Below are positions 62,528-64,000 of a stretch of DNA of 64,000 nucleotides, in pieces. Positions within the stretch are counted from its first letter, which is position 1; the number at the start of each line of letters is the position of its first letter. Origin of the DNA: a virus. Both the position numbers and the translations under genes were made by a program. The stretch lies in IMG/VR virus record IMGVR_UViG_3300015202_000004, positions 83,943 through 147,942 of that record; one strand, 5' to 3'. The notes under the pieces were generated by a model. That model was given only the letters and a program-made list of their open reading frames with translations, was not told the origin of the DNA and did not search any database.

Positions 62528-63341
62528 TAATTTCCTAATAATTCTTTCTGAATCTTAATCAACAAGTTTTCAATTTGTTGAAATGGCGGGTCTTGTGGTA
62601 AGGTTGTCACAAGCATGGCTGCATTGAATCGCTTCAATTCTTCGGCCAATACCCCACTTACAAACGTGTCCTTACCGTCTTCGTCTTTGCCCATGACAAC
62701 TAATTCTTCTAGCTTGTATTTGCCGTTTTTTACATCTAGCAAGAATTCACGGTCAGGGCGATATACTTCAAGGTTGCCTGTCTCAAGCACTTCGATAGCC
62801 ATACGATAGATACGAAGGGAATGAGAAATAAATTTTGTATCGTAGCCAAACTTTTCGATAAGGTTTACTCGACCCGTTTTATTCTTTATTTTGGTAAAAG
62901 CAGTTTTGACTTGCTGGAATGCGTAGCCGCCGCAAGTATAGCCAATGCGCTTGGAAAGAAACAATTCTTTATTGTCAAGCACTTGTTGAAAGACAGGATG
63001 AACAAATTTAACAGTTCGCTTTGGCATCCAAAGCATTTCCATCGCATGAACATTGTTCTTGAGGGCCAATGTAAACAATTTCGCTAAACTGTAATAACAA
63101 ATATCTTTACTTTGGTTCTCAATTTGCTCGCAACGGCCTAACCCAAGTAAATATCTTTCCGGTGAAAAAAAAAAACTCCCCTGATATCTGTGTCACTTGC
63201 GGGTGTATCAAGGCCATATGCTTTTGAGCCAGAAATAACTGAATATAGACAATTTTTTTCTACGTCAAAGGGTGGTGAATTTAAATCAAAAAATTCAGAT
63301 TCACTTAATTCTCCAAGGCTTGGCTTGGTTGTATAATCCAT
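62527..63341 (-). CDS. Pol-beta-type nucleotidyltransferase (YcgL/RlaP-like), frameshifted at T11 tract (63165-63175)
   Basis: SGSKAYGLDTPASDTDIRGVFF joins SPERYLLGL..KNNVHAMEMLW..GGYA..GYDTKFISHSLR. Confidence 0.8.
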
Positions 63342-63937
63342 TTATAAATTCTTTCTATATGGTGTAACCAATCGTCGTGATTCATTGCCATTTTTGACTT
63401 GTTACAACAATAGCAGGAAGAAACGCAATTGTCAAGTGTATAACCAATAGAATTGTTTTTACGGTCTATTCCGTTATAAAAATATTCCGAACCTGTTTTT
63501 GTCACTATTTTATTAGATGGCAACATACCACAATAATAACAATTATTTTTAACAAGCTTTTTCATTATTTCATCTGAAAGTTTAAATTCTAAATTACGTT
63601 TTTTAGCATTGTAAAGGTAATCTTTTTTTAATCTATTAAAACCCATTTGTTCTCTATCAGGGTTTGCTCTTATACAACCGCAACCAAATACGCCGTTGTT
63701 AGTGACACCGTTTAACCTCTTGTTTTCAATTTTGCCACAAATACATTGCACATCGGCCATGACTGTTCTTTTTGAATGACTATGATTTTCGATAGGCATA
63801 TAGCCAGTTAGTTTTAAAACTGTCCAGTTTTTATAAACCTTACCAACATGCCTTAAACTTCTCCAACTAAAAATATCATTACGCTCAAAACTACCAAGCA
63901 TTGAAGTGTAATGATTTTTATCTTTTGCATAAGCCAA
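63305..63937 (-). CDS. HNH endonuclease
   Basis: CYYCG..YNGIDRKNNSIGYTLDNCVSSCYCCN; related to 1435-2343. Confidence 0.85.
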   Translation of the reverse strand: MAYAKDKNHYTSMLGSFERNDIFSWRSLRHVGKVYKNWTVLKLTGYMPIENHSHSKRTVMADVQCICGKIENKRLNGVTNNGVFGCGCIRANPDREQMGFNRLKKDYLYNAKKRNLEFKLSDEIMKKLVKNNCYYCGMLPSNKIVTKTGSEYFYNGIDRKNNSIGYTLDNCVSSCYCCNKSKMAMNHDDWLHHIERIYKWIIQPSQALEN

Positions 63938-64000
63938 ACGTTTTTTTTCTTTAATTCCTTCGTTATTTTTTTCTCTGTATTTATTTTGACGTTTTAACGT

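Overview
AT-rich segment of a large (jumbo-type) bacteriophage genome. Standard genetic code; almost everything after ~4.4 kb is on the minus strand, under many sigma70-type promoters. It is dominated by translation and RNA-rescue functions. I read about 54 tRNA genes by eye, covering all 20 amino acids plus an amber (CUA) suppressor, and many have non-canonical structures. It also carries a tmRNA, IF-1, two Pth2-type peptidyl-tRNA hydrolases, an intein-containing RtcB RNA ligase, and a Ro60/TROVE protein preceded by five tandem Y-RNA-like genes. Other content: an NAMPT + NMN adenylyltransferase NAD-salvage pair, NADAR/Nudix/MazG-type enzymes, lysis genes, fibre-like proteins and several HNH endonucleases or their remnants. 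The most striking signal is an unannotated 32-codon leader ORF (12186-12284). Its codons match the amino acids of the tRNA genes downstream, and it overlaps a terminator/antiterminator pair, suggesting ribosome-coupled attenuation that switches on phage back-up tRNAs when host tRNAs fail. A second, weaker candidate precedes the two tRNA-Trp genes. All calls are by inspection, without database searches; coordinates may be off by a few bases.
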